Source of the DNA: Pseudoalteromonas translucida KMM 520
GTDB taxonomy: Bacteria; Pseudomonadota; Gammaproteobacteria; Enterobacterales; Alteromonadaceae
Reading direction: 5' to 3'
NCBI RefSeq assembly: GCF_001465295.1
Contig: NZ_CP011034.1
Span: 1,920,001-1,952,000, forward strand
DNA: 32,000 nucleotides
Below are positions 10,345-20,096 of this stretch, piece by piece; position 1 is the first letter of the stretch, and each line of letters begins with the position of its first letter. The notes below the pieces were generated by a model. The model was not told the origin of the DNA and did no database searches. It was given only the letters and a program-made list of their open reading frames with translations. The translations under genes were made by a program, and so were the position numbers.

Positions 10345-11502
10345 CTACGACCTCAAAGTTAAAGTAACTATAACCACCCCATGGTCGGTACTTAAATCGT
10401 CTCGCTCAAATACCGGGTTAATTAAATGCCGATCGTAAGTGTTATAGCCACTTACTTCATAAAAGCTATCATGGTAGCTGGCATCAAATTCACTAGACAA
10501 TAAAATGTAGTCAAGCACTGAACTGCTCGCGCCATAGTAATGGGTTGGTGTGCGTGGCGTTACTGGCTTAGCAGCATTTATATCACCTTGCTCAATTGCA
10601 ACACTCGCTATATCGCCATCAACACGTAATTCGTCTGTTCGTGTTTGTGGCTCAGCACTTGCCAATTGCGACTTTGCAAATAAGTCCCACGCATCATTTA
10701 AACAATATTTAGCAAGGTAAGTTTTAGCGTCAAAAGCAGGGGCAAAACGCAGTGTATTAGTAAGCATATGGCTTAACACACCATCGGCTATGCTATTATT
10801 AAAGTCGCCCATTAAGATCATAGGCTGCTGCGTCGCTTCGCGGCGCGCAATCATGTGTATCATTAATAATGTGGCTTCACTGCCACGCTGAATAGTTGAT
10901 CCCCAACCACCCGCTACATTCGCTTTTAAAATCTCAATTATGTTCTTTTCGGGCGTAAGTGCTTTACTGTGCTCATCAACCTCGATCATTGGGCGTTTTG
11001 ATTTAAAATGCACCACATAACAATCGGTATTACCTATGTGCGGCAAAGTTACTGTGGCTCTTAATACCTTACGGCTAAATGTAAAGTCAGCACTAAGCCC
11101 AAGGGTAGCAGCAAGTTCATTATCGTGCTGCACCGCAGCCACTTCAACAATAGGGTATTTAGCTGCAATTGCCACTACGGGGCGCTTATAAATAAAGTCG
11201 TCAATCACCTCTGGCGTATCTACCACTGCAAAGTGCTCATAGCCTTGCCCGCGTACTAATTCTTGTAACGCCTCTATGCTAAACACTTCCTGAAAACCAA
11301 TCACATCAGGCGCGTGCTCTATTAAGTAATCAATAATCCACTGCTGCTTTTTAGCCCACTGCTGCGCGGTATAAATTTTCTCAAACTCATAGTATGCATT
11401 AGGCGGCTCAAGGTAATTAAACAAGTTAAATGTGGCTATTTTTAGTTGAGTGTTTTTTATCAAAAGAGGTTCCACTGCTGTACATTTTAAAATAACAGGC
11501 AT
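10345..11502 (-). CDS. endonuclease/exonuclease/phosphatase (EEP) family protein
   Basis: EEP catalytic motifs appear in order: IATFNLFNY, VIGFQEV, LMGDFNN, and C-terminal LSTDHGVVIVTL. Confidence 0.8.
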   Translation of the reverse strand: MPVILKCTAVEPLLIKNTQLKIATFNLFNYLEPPNAYYEFEKIYTAQQWAKKQQWIIDYLIEHAPDVIGFQEVFSIEALQELVRGQGYEHFAVVDTPEVIDDFIYKRPVVAIAAKYPIVEVAAVQHDNELAATLGLSADFTFSRKVLRATVTLPHIGNTDCYVVHFKSKRPMIEVDEHSKALTPEKNIIEILKANVAGGWGSTIQRGSEATLLMIHMIARREATQQPMILMGDFNNSIADGVLSHMLTNTLRFAPAFDAKTYLAKYCLNDAWDLFAKSQLASAEPQTRTDELRVDGDIASVAIEQGDINAAKPVTPRTPTHYYGASSSVLDYILLSSEFDASYHDSFYEVSGYNTYDRHLINPVFERDDLSTDHGVVIVTLTLRS

Positions 11503-11887
11503 CGCTGAGTTATCAGCCCTAATGTAAGAGCATGTGTTTGAGCTTACCTTTGCTTACTTACATAAATACGTAAAGTATGTAATAACAGTATACCCTATTG
11601 TTTATCGTTTTTAAGGCTTTAGGGTCGTGTTTAAAACCTGTGTTATTTCATAAAACTAATAAAAACAGGAATGATACATGGCAAATCAGTTCAATTTCAT
11701 ACATCAAAAAATAGCATTGCAAATTTAGCTGCTTACGTATCCGCAGCTTCCTTTTTACCCTTGAGTATCACTGCGCTAAAATCGACCTAGTATTTAGAAG
11801 CGATTATCTGGGGCATTTAATAGTAATCAGCTGGTTAAACATATAAAATTCGCGGCTCTTAAATATGAGTATAAAGCGAAAAGTGTC

Positions 11888-14191
11888 ATGACCAGAAAGA
11901 TTGAATTATTAGCCCCAGGCGGTGATGTAAACGCGGTAAAAGCCGCCATCGTAGCCGGCGCTAATGCGGTTTATTGTGGTTTAGATACCTTTAATGCCCG
12001 TAACCGAGCGTCTAATCTTTCGTTTGACGAGCTTAACGGCGCACTGCGCTTAGCCCATGAATACGGCTGTGAGATTTTTTTAACCCTTAACGTGGTTATT
12101 TTAGAGCACGAAATGGCAGCGTTGTTTAAGCTGTTAAACCAATTAGTAAATACCACGCTTGATGGTATTATTGTGCAAGATTTAGGGCTGTTTAATATTG
12201 TTAAAAAGCACTTTCCTACATTGCACATTCACGCGTCTACCCAGCTAACTACCCATAACGAATCGCAAGTAGAATTTTTAGCGCGCATTGGCGCTACACG
12301 CGTAAATTTATCGCGTGAGCTTAACTTAACCGAAATTAAAATACTCACCGACGTAGCGCACAAATGCGATGTATTAACCGAAGTGTTTGTACACGGTGCA
12401 TTATGTATTGCGTTTTCGGGGCAATGTTACTCAAGTTCAGTAAGTGTCGGTAACTCGGGCAACCGAGGCCGCTGCTCGCAAGCGTGCCGTGACGAATACG
12501 AGCCAACCGCTATGGGTAACAAACACCCATTAAACTTAAAAGACAACTCGGCCTATTTTGATTTACCAGAGCTGGTAGCCGCAGGTGTTGATTCGTTAAA
12601 AGTAGAAGGCCGTATAAAAGGTGCTAACTACGTACATACGGTTATTGATAGCTGGCGCAAACAAATAGATACCTTTGTACAAACTGGTAACTTAATTGAA
12701 GACGACTCAAGCCTTTACAAAGTGTTTAATCGTAATTTCACTAATAAATTTTTACAAGGTGACATGACCAAAAACATGTTTACCGACAATCCGCGCGACC
12801 ATAGTTTTGATCACGCAAACGAAAAAAGTAACGCCATTTCGGTTGTGCAAATTTACGATGCACAGCAAGAACTCGCCGCTGAAAAAAATGACATTGATAC
12901 GCTGGTTAAAAAGAAGATTGAATTTCTAGATATTTCAAAGCGTGAGCTATGCTTTGAATTTGCAGGGCAATTAAACCAGCCATTTACTGTAAGTATAATT
13001 ATTAAAGATAAAAACGATATTACGCTATCGAATAAAAACGCAGAGCACACTCAGCAAATACAACGCTTTGAAGTGCAATCGCAAATGGTTATGCAAACCG
13101 CCGATAAATCAGTTGTTGATATTGCCGCTATAGATAAACGCTTTAAAAGCTTTAGTAATGCCAATTTTGAAATTAAAAATATGGATTATTCAAACCTAGG
13201 CGACAACTTAAGCATTGCGTTTAAAGAGCTAGCGCGCATTAAAAAGCAAGTAGCGTTTTTATTAAACGAAGGCAAAGACGTACTCGCCCCTGTTGAATTG
13301 CCTAAACTGGTGAACCATCAAAAAGTTGATAAAAACAAAACAACACTCTCTATTTTAATATCGGACATAAAAGACGTTCACCTATGTGATTTAACAAACG
13401 GCGATGTTTACTTTAAATTACCAGAGAGCTTTAGAACCGATAACGATAAATACATTAATGTATTTTTAGCGCACCCGCAGTTAATTCCGTGGTTTCCGGC
13501 GGTATTAATTGGTAAAGACTTTGAAGAAGCAGTACGTTTACTCGAAGTTGTAAAACCTAAGCTTATTATTAGTAACAACACAGGCGTTGCATTTAAAGCG
13601 GTACAAATGGGCATTGACTGGATTGCAGGGCCATTATTAAATACCACTAACTCTTACGCGTTATTAACGCTACAAGAGGATTTAAACGCTAAAGGCGCGT
13701 TTATTTCAAACGAAATAAACAAACCACAAATGCGTAATATAAAACGCCCTAACAACTTTAAAATGATGTACAGCATTTATCACCCAATACTAATGATGAC
13801 CAGCCGCCAATGTTTTTTCCAACAAACTGTAGGCTGTAAAAAACCACGTATTGACGCAAGTTGTATGTTGAGCTGTAAAAAAGAAACAACCGTTACTAAT
13901 GTTAAAGGCATTAGCTTTGCCATCGATAAGCAAAAAGGCGGCTACCCAAGCATTTATAACCATGAGCAATTTTTAAACATGGATATTGTAAGTGACTTTG
14001 CCGACAAGTTTGACGAGTTTATGATTGATTTAACCGACATTGGCTCAGGCGATAAAGAAAAACTAGATAAAGCCGTGTTACTTGCGCATTTTCAAGATTT
14101 AATTAGCGGGCAAACACACGCTGCAGATCAGTTAAATAATATGGTAAAAGTAAAAACACGCCAACAATATCTTGAAGGCCTAAACAGTTAA
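11888..14191 (+). CDS. long (767 aa) U32-family protein with a CX6CX15CX3C Fe-S type cysteine motif
   Basis: The N-terminus ELLAPGGDVNAVKAAIVAGANAVYCG and the U32 signature EVFVHGALCIAFSGQCYSS are present. Cysteines C173, C180, C196 and C200 have the spacing CX6CX15CX3C. A large additional C-terminal region has further Cys clusters (SRQCFFQQTVGCKK..ASCMLSCKK). Confidence 0.85.
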   Translation: MTRKIELLAPGGDVNAVKAAIVAGANAVYCGLDTFNARNRASNLSFDELNGALRLAHEYGCEIFLTLNVVILEHEMAALFKLLNQLVNTTLDGIIVQDLGLFNIVKKHFPTLHIHASTQLTTHNESQVEFLARIGATRVNLSRELNLTEIKILTDVAHKCDVLTEVFVHGALCIAFSGQCYSSSVSVGNSGNRGRCSQACRDEYEPTAMGNKHPLNLKDNSAYFDLPELVAAGVDSLKVEGRIKGANYVHTVIDSWRKQIDTFVQTGNLIEDDSSLYKVFNRNFTNKFLQGDMTKNMFTDNPRDHSFDHANEKSNAISVVQIYDAQQELAAEKNDIDTLVKKKIEFLDISKRELCFEFAGQLNQPFTVSIIIKDKNDITLSNKNAEHTQQIQRFEVQSQMVMQTADKSVVDIAAIDKRFKSFSNANFEIKNMDYSNLGDNLSIAFKELARIKKQVAFLLNEGKDVLAPVELPKLVNHQKVDKNKTTLSILISDIKDVHLCDLTNGDVYFKLPESFRTDNDKYINVFLAHPQLIPWFPAVLIGKDFEEAVRLLEVVKPKLIISNNTGVAFKAVQMGIDWIAGPLLNTTNSYALLTLQEDLNAKGAFISNEINKPQMRNIKRPNNFKMMYSIYHPILMMTSRQCFFQQTVGCKKPRIDASCMLSCKKETTVTNVKGISFAIDKQKGGYPSIYNHEQFLNMDIVSDFADKFDEFMIDLTDIGSGDKEKLDKAVLLAHFQDLISGQTHAADQLNNMVKVKTRQQYLEGLNS

Positions 14192-14204
14192 GGTAAGTAA
14201 TAAC

Positions 14205-14864
14205 ATGACACTGCCATTATTATATTCATTACAACACTGCCCATACGCAATGCGCGCAAGAATGGGTATTTTAATGGCAGAGCAACAGGTGGTGCTGCGC
14301 GCTATAAAAACTAAAAACAAACCACCGCATCTTTTACAAATATCGCCAAAAGGCACAGTACCTGTTTTATTACTGCCTAATAACCACGTAATAGATGAAA
14401 GCCTAGACATTATGCTGTGGGCTTTAAAACAAAACGATCCGCATAACTTACTGCACGCACACGATCCGTTAGCACTTGCGCGCATGCTTAAATTAATTAA
14501 CCTAAACGACACGCAATTTAAACCTGTGCTCGAAAAATATAAATTTTATGCTCGCACAAAAGACATGGCACAAATTTATTACCAACAAGCCTGCGAAGAA
14601 TTTATTAAACAATTTGAAGCAAAGCTAACCGCACATAAATACCTAATAGGCGATGAAAAAAGCCTAGCCGATTATGCCCTGCTGCCATTTATTAGACAGT
14701 TTGCCCGCGTAGATAAACACTGGTACTTACAAAGCGAATACTCACATGTACGCGCGTGGTTAAACGAATTGTTGCACGCCCCCATGTTTACCAAAGTCAT
14801 GACAAAATATGATTTATGGATGGATTGTAATGAAGAGTTTTTATACGGGGTTAAAAAAATCTAA
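14205..14864 (+). CDS. glutathione S-transferase / glutaredoxin-2-like thioredoxin-fold protein
   Basis: It starts 13 nt after the U32 stop, so it is probably in the same operon. The N-terminal thioredoxin-like motif is LYSLQHCPYAMRAR..ISPKGTVPVL..IDESLDI. The C-terminal domain is helical. Confidence 0.65.
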   Translation: MTLPLLYSLQHCPYAMRARMGILMAEQQVVLRAIKTKNKPPHLLQISPKGTVPVLLLPNNHVIDESLDIMLWALKQNDPHNLLHAHDPLALARMLKLINLNDTQFKPVLEKYKFYARTKDMAQIYYQQACEEFIKQFEAKLTAHKYLIGDEKSLADYALLPFIRQFARVDKHWYLQSEYSHVRAWLNELLHAPMFTKVMTKYDLWMDCNEEFLYGVKKI

Positions 14865-15000
14865 CTTTAGCTTATGCTTATAGGCAATGACGTTGCAGTA
14901 ACAACCTTTAAAACTCAGCATTGAATAATTCTCAACTTACTATTTTAGCCCTTTATTTACGCTATACTGCCCTTTCCATTACCAACAAACGCTATGCATT

Positions 15001-16263
15001 ATGAACTACTCAAACTTTGGCACTAAATTTACACAACCCAACGGCATTACTCAGTTAATGGAAGACTTAGGCAGTGCTAAAAGCAGTAACAATCCTAATA
15101 TTGTTATGCTGGGTGGCGGTAACCCTGCATTAGTACCACAAGTAAATGAGGTTTTTTTAAGTGAGTTACAAAAGCTCGTTGCCAGTAATAAAGTATCGCA
15201 AGTATTTGGTCTTTACGACGGCCCAACCGGTAACGACGAGTTTAGAGCTGCATTGGCAGGCCAACTAAGTAAAGAATATGCATGGGATATAAGCGCCAAC
15301 AACGTAGCACTTGGCAATGGCAGCCAAGCTAACTTTTTTGTGTTGTTTAATATGTTTGCAGGCGAAATGCCTGATGGCAGCCATAAAAAGATTTTATTTC
15401 CCCTCGCGCCAGAATACGTAGGTTATGCCGACCAAGGTTTATCGGCTAATATGTTTGTTGCCATAAAGCCCGATATAGAAATTTTAAATACCGGTAGCAC
15501 ATCAAAACAATTTAAATACGTTATTGATTTTAAAGCGGTTGAAAAAGTATTAGCAAACGACAGTAGTATTAGCGCATTGTGCGTATCGCGCCCTACCAAT
15601 CCAACCGGTAATGTAATAACCGACCAAGAAGTAAAGCATCTTGATTTACTTGCTAAGCAATACAACATTCCGCTCATTATTGATAACGCATATGGCGATC
15701 CGTTCCCGGGCTGTATTTACACCGATGCAAACCTAACGTGGAACTCAAACATAATTTTATGTATGTCGCTTTCAAAGCTTGGCTTACCGGGTTTACGCAG
15801 CGGTATTGTGGTTGCAAACAATAAAATTATTAAAGCAATTGGCCGCGTAAATGGCAGCATGGTGTTATCGCCAAATAGTATAGGGCCAAGCTTAGTTACC
15901 CGTTTAATTAACGACGACGAACTACTGCCGCTGTGTCGTAATGTTGTGTTGCCTTTTTATCGTAATAAAGCACAAATAGCGATTGAACTGTTTGATGAAA
16001 TATTTGCCGATATGAGTGTTTACTTGCATAAAGTTGAAGGCGCATTTTTTATGTGGCTGTGGTTTAAAGATGCAAAAATAACAAGCGAAACGCTATACCA
16101 AAAGCTTAAAGAGCAAGATGTGTATGTAATTCCTGGACACAACTTTTTTATTGGCATTGACGATAGCTGGGCGCACAAGCACGAGTGTATTCGTATTAAC
16201 TATGCAACCGATGAAGCAACACTACGCAAAGGTTTACAAACCATAAAGTATTTAATGGCGTAA
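15001..16263 (+). CDS. avtA: valine-pyruvate aminotransferase (transaminase C)
   Basis: It is collinear with my recollection of E. coli AvtA along the whole length: FG.KFT..GIT.LMEDL, LGGGNPA, LFPLAPEYVGYAD, VSRPTNPTGNVITD, IDNAYG.PFPG, CMSLSKLGLPG.R.GI, FMWLWFKD, PGHNFF. Confidence 0.93.
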   Translation: MNYSNFGTKFTQPNGITQLMEDLGSAKSSNNPNIVMLGGGNPALVPQVNEVFLSELQKLVASNKVSQVFGLYDGPTGNDEFRAALAGQLSKEYAWDISANNVALGNGSQANFFVLFNMFAGEMPDGSHKKILFPLAPEYVGYADQGLSANMFVAIKPDIEILNTGSTSKQFKYVIDFKAVEKVLANDSSISALCVSRPTNPTGNVITDQEVKHLDLLAKQYNIPLIIDNAYGDPFPGCIYTDANLTWNSNIILCMSLSKLGLPGLRSGIVVANNKIIKAIGRVNGSMVLSPNSIGPSLVTRLINDDELLPLCRNVVLPFYRNKAQIAIELFDEIFADMSVYLHKVEGAFFMWLWFKDAKITSETLYQKLKEQDVYVIPGHNFFIGIDDSWAHKHECIRINYATDEATLRKGLQTIKYLMA

Positions 16264-16566
16264 ATTAATGCTTATGCTATTTACGCCTTGGCTATAACGT
16301 AACATTCACTATAACGGCACGCTATTGAGCAAGTGTTGCCTTTATCGCTTATTTACCTCTGTAATACTGTACTATTTCTGTGCAAACGCGCGCTATACTC
16401 TTTAAATTTATATATAAACTGTTATTCTACGCGACCTTTTTTACACGCTATTTACTAGCGGGTAATATAAAAGGCTGTTCAGGCTGCAAACGCTTACACT
16501 AAGTGGCAGTAATAAAACGCGCGCCCATACAGGTGCACACTTTAAACACCAACATACAGGTAAATT

Positions 16567-17766
16567 ATGCGATTAGGACCAGGACTACTAGTCACCGCAG
16601 CCTTTATAGGACCAGGTACCATAACGACTGCTAGCGTAGCAGGTGCAAACTTTGGCTTTGCACTTATCTGGACATTACTTTTTTCAGTAATAGCCACTAT
16701 ATTATTACAATCTATGGCTGCTCGCCTTGGCGTAGCAACAGGCAAAGATCTTGCTCAAGCACTGCGCGCGCATATTCATACCCCAGTGCTTAAAGTGCTC
16801 GCTAGCTTTTTGGTAATAAGCGCCATTGGCGTGGGCAGCGCCGCCTATGAAGCGGGTAACCTTAGTGGCGCTAGCATGGGTTTAATAAAGATATTTCCGA
16901 CAATAAATGCGCAAATATGGACGCCGCTCATTGCTTTTATTAGCGCATTGTTACTGTACAGCGGAAAACATAAAGTGGTAGAAAACGCGCTCATTTTATT
17001 AGTAATTTTAATGAGCTTAGTGTTTATTTCTACTTTAATTATGGCTGCTCCGCCTATAAGCCAAGTACTAGCGGGTTTTATTCCTACTATCCCTGAGGGC
17101 TCTGTTACCACTGTACTAGCACTAATTGGCACCACCATAGTACCTTATAATTTATTTTTGCATTCAGGAGTGCTCGCAGCAAAATACAACAATAATAGCG
17201 ATAAACGTAAAATTATTAAGCAAACAAATATCGATACCAGCTTATCAATCACTTTAGGTGGAGTGATCACTTTGGCTATTTTATCTACCGCCTCGGTGGC
17301 TTTTTATGGTACCGACGCAGGTAAAGTTAGCGCAGCCAATATGGCAGTACAGCTTGAGCCATTATTAGGGGGCGCTGCCCATTACTTTTTTGCTATTGGT
17401 TTATTTGCTGCAGGTTTAACTAGCGCAATTACTGCACCTTTAGCGGGAGCCTATGCGGTTTGCGGCATGCTTGGTTGGTCTAACAAAATGCAAAGTAGCC
17501 GTTTCAAATCGGTAGCATTGGTTATCTTATTGTTTGGCGCAGCTGTTGCATCACTGGGGTTAGATCCGGTTGCCGTGATCATTTTTGCCCAAGCCGCTAA
17601 TGGCTTATTACTGCCTATTATTACTGTTTACTTACTCTGGTTGGTAAATCAAAAAGCGGTGATGGGCAATTACACCAATTCAGTGTTATTAAATCTTATC
17701 ACTGTACCTATATTACTGCTTATTTTTGGCTTAAGCAGCTACAAGCTGATTAGTTTGATTTTTTAA
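16567..17766 (+). CDS. NRAMP-family divalent metal cation transporter (short MntH-like form)
   Basis: A 399-aa polytopic protein. The N-terminal LGPGLLVTAAFIGPGTITTASVAGANFGFALIW and the mid-protein TIVPYNLFLHS are typical of NRAMP. An in-frame TAA lies 6 nt upstream of the ATG and fixes the start. Confidence 0.8.
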   Translation: MRLGPGLLVTAAFIGPGTITTASVAGANFGFALIWTLLFSVIATILLQSMAARLGVATGKDLAQALRAHIHTPVLKVLASFLVISAIGVGSAAYEAGNLSGASMGLIKIFPTINAQIWTPLIAFISALLLYSGKHKVVENALILLVILMSLVFISTLIMAAPPISQVLAGFIPTIPEGSVTTVLALIGTTIVPYNLFLHSGVLAAKYNNNSDKRKIIKQTNIDTSLSITLGGVITLAILSTASVAFYGTDAGKVSAANMAVQLEPLLGGAAHYFFAIGLFAAGLTSAITAPLAGAYAVCGMLGWSNKMQSSRFKSVALVILLFGAAVASLGLDPVAVIIFAQAANGLLLPIITVYLLWLVNQKAVMGNYTNSVLLNLITVPILLLIFGLSSYKLISLIF

Positions 17767-17781
17767 TTAAACTAAAAACAT

Positions 17782-18146
17782 CTAGGGTCTGTTTATCTTT
17801 CAAGGTTAGATTTGCAGCAGTGTGTTTGGTATTTAGGCAAGGCAGAGCCTATGTGGTGTGGTTATTCCCCATAAAGAGGCGATAACGTAGCATCAATGCC
17901 AAACATGCGCTGCCCGAAGGGTTCTGCCTAGGGGCAATTGACTCTTTGTTGCCTACATGGATGTAGGTAAGGGGCGTGAGCAGGACGCGGAAGCTTTGCT
18001 CGGTTTTTACTTATTCTTACATGGATGTAAGCCAGTAGAATAACGCAGGAGCAGTTATCGAGCCCACTAGGTTACAAACCTCGCGCCGTGATTAAATCGC
18101 CCCTAGTTTGAACAAATTTTAATCCGCAAAGGTCAACAGACCCTAG
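17782..18146. mobile_element. 365-bp non-coding MITE-like element with 12-bp perfect terminal inverted repeats
   Basis: ctagggtctgtt (17782-17793) pairs with aacagaccctag (18135-18146). There is no ORF. Two near-identical internal palindromes are present, cctacatggatgtagg and cttacatggatgtaag. The element sits between the NRAMP stop codon and the terminator hairpin at 18152. Confidence 0.55.
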
Positions 18147-18151
18147 TTTAA

Positions 18152-18182
18152 AAGCCACTGTTCACTACAAACAGTGGCTTTT
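18152..18182. terminator. bidirectional rho-independent terminator
   Basis: An 11-bp perfect stem aagccactgtt (18152-18162) / aacagtggctt (18170-18180) has a 7-nt loop, with A-run and T-run flanks. It lies between convergent genes. Confidence 0.75.
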
Positions 18183-18232
18183 ACCTTATTCATAATAATA
18201 AAAACCTTACCTGTATACTGCAGTAATTAAAA

Positions 18233-18673
18233 TCAGATAATATTTGTTTTTGTTAAGCGTGAAAACACATAGCCCCCTGCTGCACCTGCAAGTAATTGAG
18301 TATAAAACCCCCAGCCTCTTGCGCCCGCTATAATATGAATATTCATAATCGACTCAATAGCAATTAACACCATAGCAAACGCCACAATGCCAGCGATAAC
18401 AAATAGCTGAGTACGGTATTTTTGAACCTTTTTATTAAGCTGCACCGTAACTAAAAAAGCGATGGCAAGTGCAATGGCGATAATAGCGCCATAGGTAGGT
18501 AATAAGCCCAACCAATCATCCAGTGTTAAACTAACACGGTCGCTAAAGCCCACTACAACACCTACATTAACTAATTGATTGACAACGTATTGGCTATGAA
18601 ACAAGCTAGCAAGTGTGAATGTAAATAACCAAGAAACTAAAAATGAGGGCAATATACGTGTTAAAAATGACAT
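18233..18673 (-). CDS. small integral membrane protein, function unknown (4 TM helices)
   Basis: A 146-aa hydrophobic ORF with four clear hydrophobic stretches. No motif was recognised. Confidence 0.55.
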   Translation of the reverse strand: MSFLTRILPSFLVSWLFTFTLASLFHSQYVVNQLVNVGVVVGFSDRVSLTLDDWLGLLPTYGAIIAIALAIAFLVTVQLNKKVQKYRTQLFVIAGIVAFAMVLIAIESIMNIHIIAGARGWGFYTQLLAGAAGGYVFSRLTKTNII

Positions 18674-19848
18674 GGTTATCTCAACTTAAAATAAAGTTTT
18701 TTTCTTATATAAGCCATGCTAGCAAAGGCTTACCCCGTAAACAATGCATCTCTTTTTTTACCCTGCTTTCGCTTTTTGCGTTTTCTGTTAATGCAGGCGC
18801 TGCGTTACCAAAAAAGCAATACAGTACAAAAACCCTTGCCACACAATTACAGTCTCCGTGGAGTATGGTTGAACTAGCAAACGGCACATGGTTAATTACA
18901 GAGCGCGATGGCCACGTAGTTATAATTAAAAATAATGCGCAATCAAGAGTAAAACTAAACCTAGAGGGCTTATACCTTGCAGGCCAAGGTGGCTTGCTAG
19001 ATATAGTGTTATCGCCAGATTATAGCAACTCCAAAGAAATTATTTTTACCTACGCCCAAGGCGATGCCAACGCAAATAGGCTTGTTGTTGCCAAAGCCAC
19101 CTTTAATGGCACTGACTTTTCAAAGCCGCAAATTATTTATAAAGTAGCTACCAATAAAAACACACCACAGCATTACGCTGGGCGCGCCCTTGTACTACCC
19201 AATAATACCTTATTATTTTCTACTGGCGATGGCTTTGACTTTAGAGAGCAAGCACAAGTTATTACCAGCCAGCTTGGTAAAATATTACGAATAAACTTAA
19301 ACGGCAGTATTCCAACAGATAACCCATTTATTAACCATAAAAACCCAAATGCCCACGCTGTTTACTCACTTGGCCACCGTAACCCTCAAGGCCTTGTATA
19401 TGATTACGATACACAGCAAATTATTAGCCACGAACACGGCCCCGCAGGCGGCGACGAACTAAACTACTTAAGCCCAGGCACCAATTATGGCTGGCCAGTA
19501 ATCACCTACGGTAGGGATTATTCGCAAGCGCGTATTTCACCTTTTACTCAATACCCAGGCATGCAAAAACCAAGTGTTAATTGGACGCCATCAATCGCCC
19601 CATCAGGCATGGCGTATTACGGCTCTAAGCACGCCGCTTTTCCCTCATTACAAAAACATCTGTTAATTACTACTTTGGTTGATAAAAAGCTCTACGCTGT
19701 AAATTTAGCTAATGGTGAATTTACCCAGTCTCATATATTCCCAGAGGCCACAGGCCGATTAAGAGATGTGTTTGTAACCACTAAAGGTAATGTAGCAATA
19801 TTAACCGATGGGAAAGATGCAAAGCTGATGTTGGTTAAATCAAATTAG
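18667..19848 (+). CDS. yliI: PQQ-dependent soluble aldose/sugar dehydrogenase (YliI/sorbosone dehydrogenase family), secreted
   Basis: Beta-propeller family motifs are present: GGLLDIVLSPDY, GDGFD, LGKILRINLNGSIPTDNPF, YSLGHRNPQGL, HGPAGGDELN, NYGWP. A signal peptide (FFTLLSLFAFSVNAGAA) is present. The start is uncertain between 18643 and 18667, and I chose the second Met. Confidence 0.8.
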   Translation: MTWLSQLKIKFFSYISHASKGLPRKQCISFFTLLSLFAFSVNAGAALPKKQYSTKTLATQLQSPWSMVELANGTWLITERDGHVVIIKNNAQSRVKLNLEGLYLAGQGGLLDIVLSPDYSNSKEIIFTYAQGDANANRLVVAKATFNGTDFSKPQIIYKVATNKNTPQHYAGRALVLPNNTLLFSTGDGFDFREQAQVITSQLGKILRINLNGSIPTDNPFINHKNPNAHAVYSLGHRNPQGLVYDYDTQQIISHEHGPAGGDELNYLSPGTNYGWPVITYGRDYSQARISPFTQYPGMQKPSVNWTPSIAPSGMAYYGSKHAAFPSLQKHLLITTLVDKKLYAVNLANGEFTQSHIFPEATGRLRDVFVTTKGNVAILTDGKDAKLMLVKSN

Positions 19849-19930
19849 TTCGCAAGAGGGTTAGAGAGACTTCGCTTTTAGAGGGTGATAGCGCCTTTTA
19901 GTAAGCCGCTTTAATAGGTTTAAGCACTCT

Positions 19931-20042
19931 GTTGGGTGGCGCCTTCGGCTTAACCAACCTACCTTTTGACGTAAGTCGGATAAGCGGCGAAGCCACGCCA
20001 TCCGACAAAAGTGATGAGTTTACTAAAAACAACCCGACTTAC
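19931..20042. repeat. two REP-like GC-rich extragenic palindromes, the second nested inside a 9-bp inverted repeat
   Basis: The first is gttgggt-ggcgccttcggc-ttaaccaac (19931-19958). The second is gtcggat-aagcggcgaagccacgcc-atccgac (19975-20006). The outer inverted repeat is gtaagtcgg (19971-19979) / ccgacttac (20034-20042). The form resembles enterobacterial REP (GCCGGATG..CATCCGGC). Confidence 0.5.
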
Positions 20043-20096
20043 CGCGTTATGCAGTAACCGAAAAATGTATTAAAGGTAATTACAGGAGCTTTACAC

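Noticed and set aside
16264-16566. Possible Mn-sensing (yybP-ykoY) riboswitch or other leader upstream of the NRAMP transporter
   Set aside because: I could not find the conserved motif elements or a convincing terminator or anti-terminator pair by eye. The question is left open for an Rfam scan.
18643-18673. Apparent 31-nt head-to-head overlap of the membrane protein and sugar dehydrogenase ORFs
   Set aside because: It is probably an artefact of choosing the longest ORF. The dehydrogenase signal peptide begins well downstream, so a later start (18667 or a non-ATG codon) is likely.
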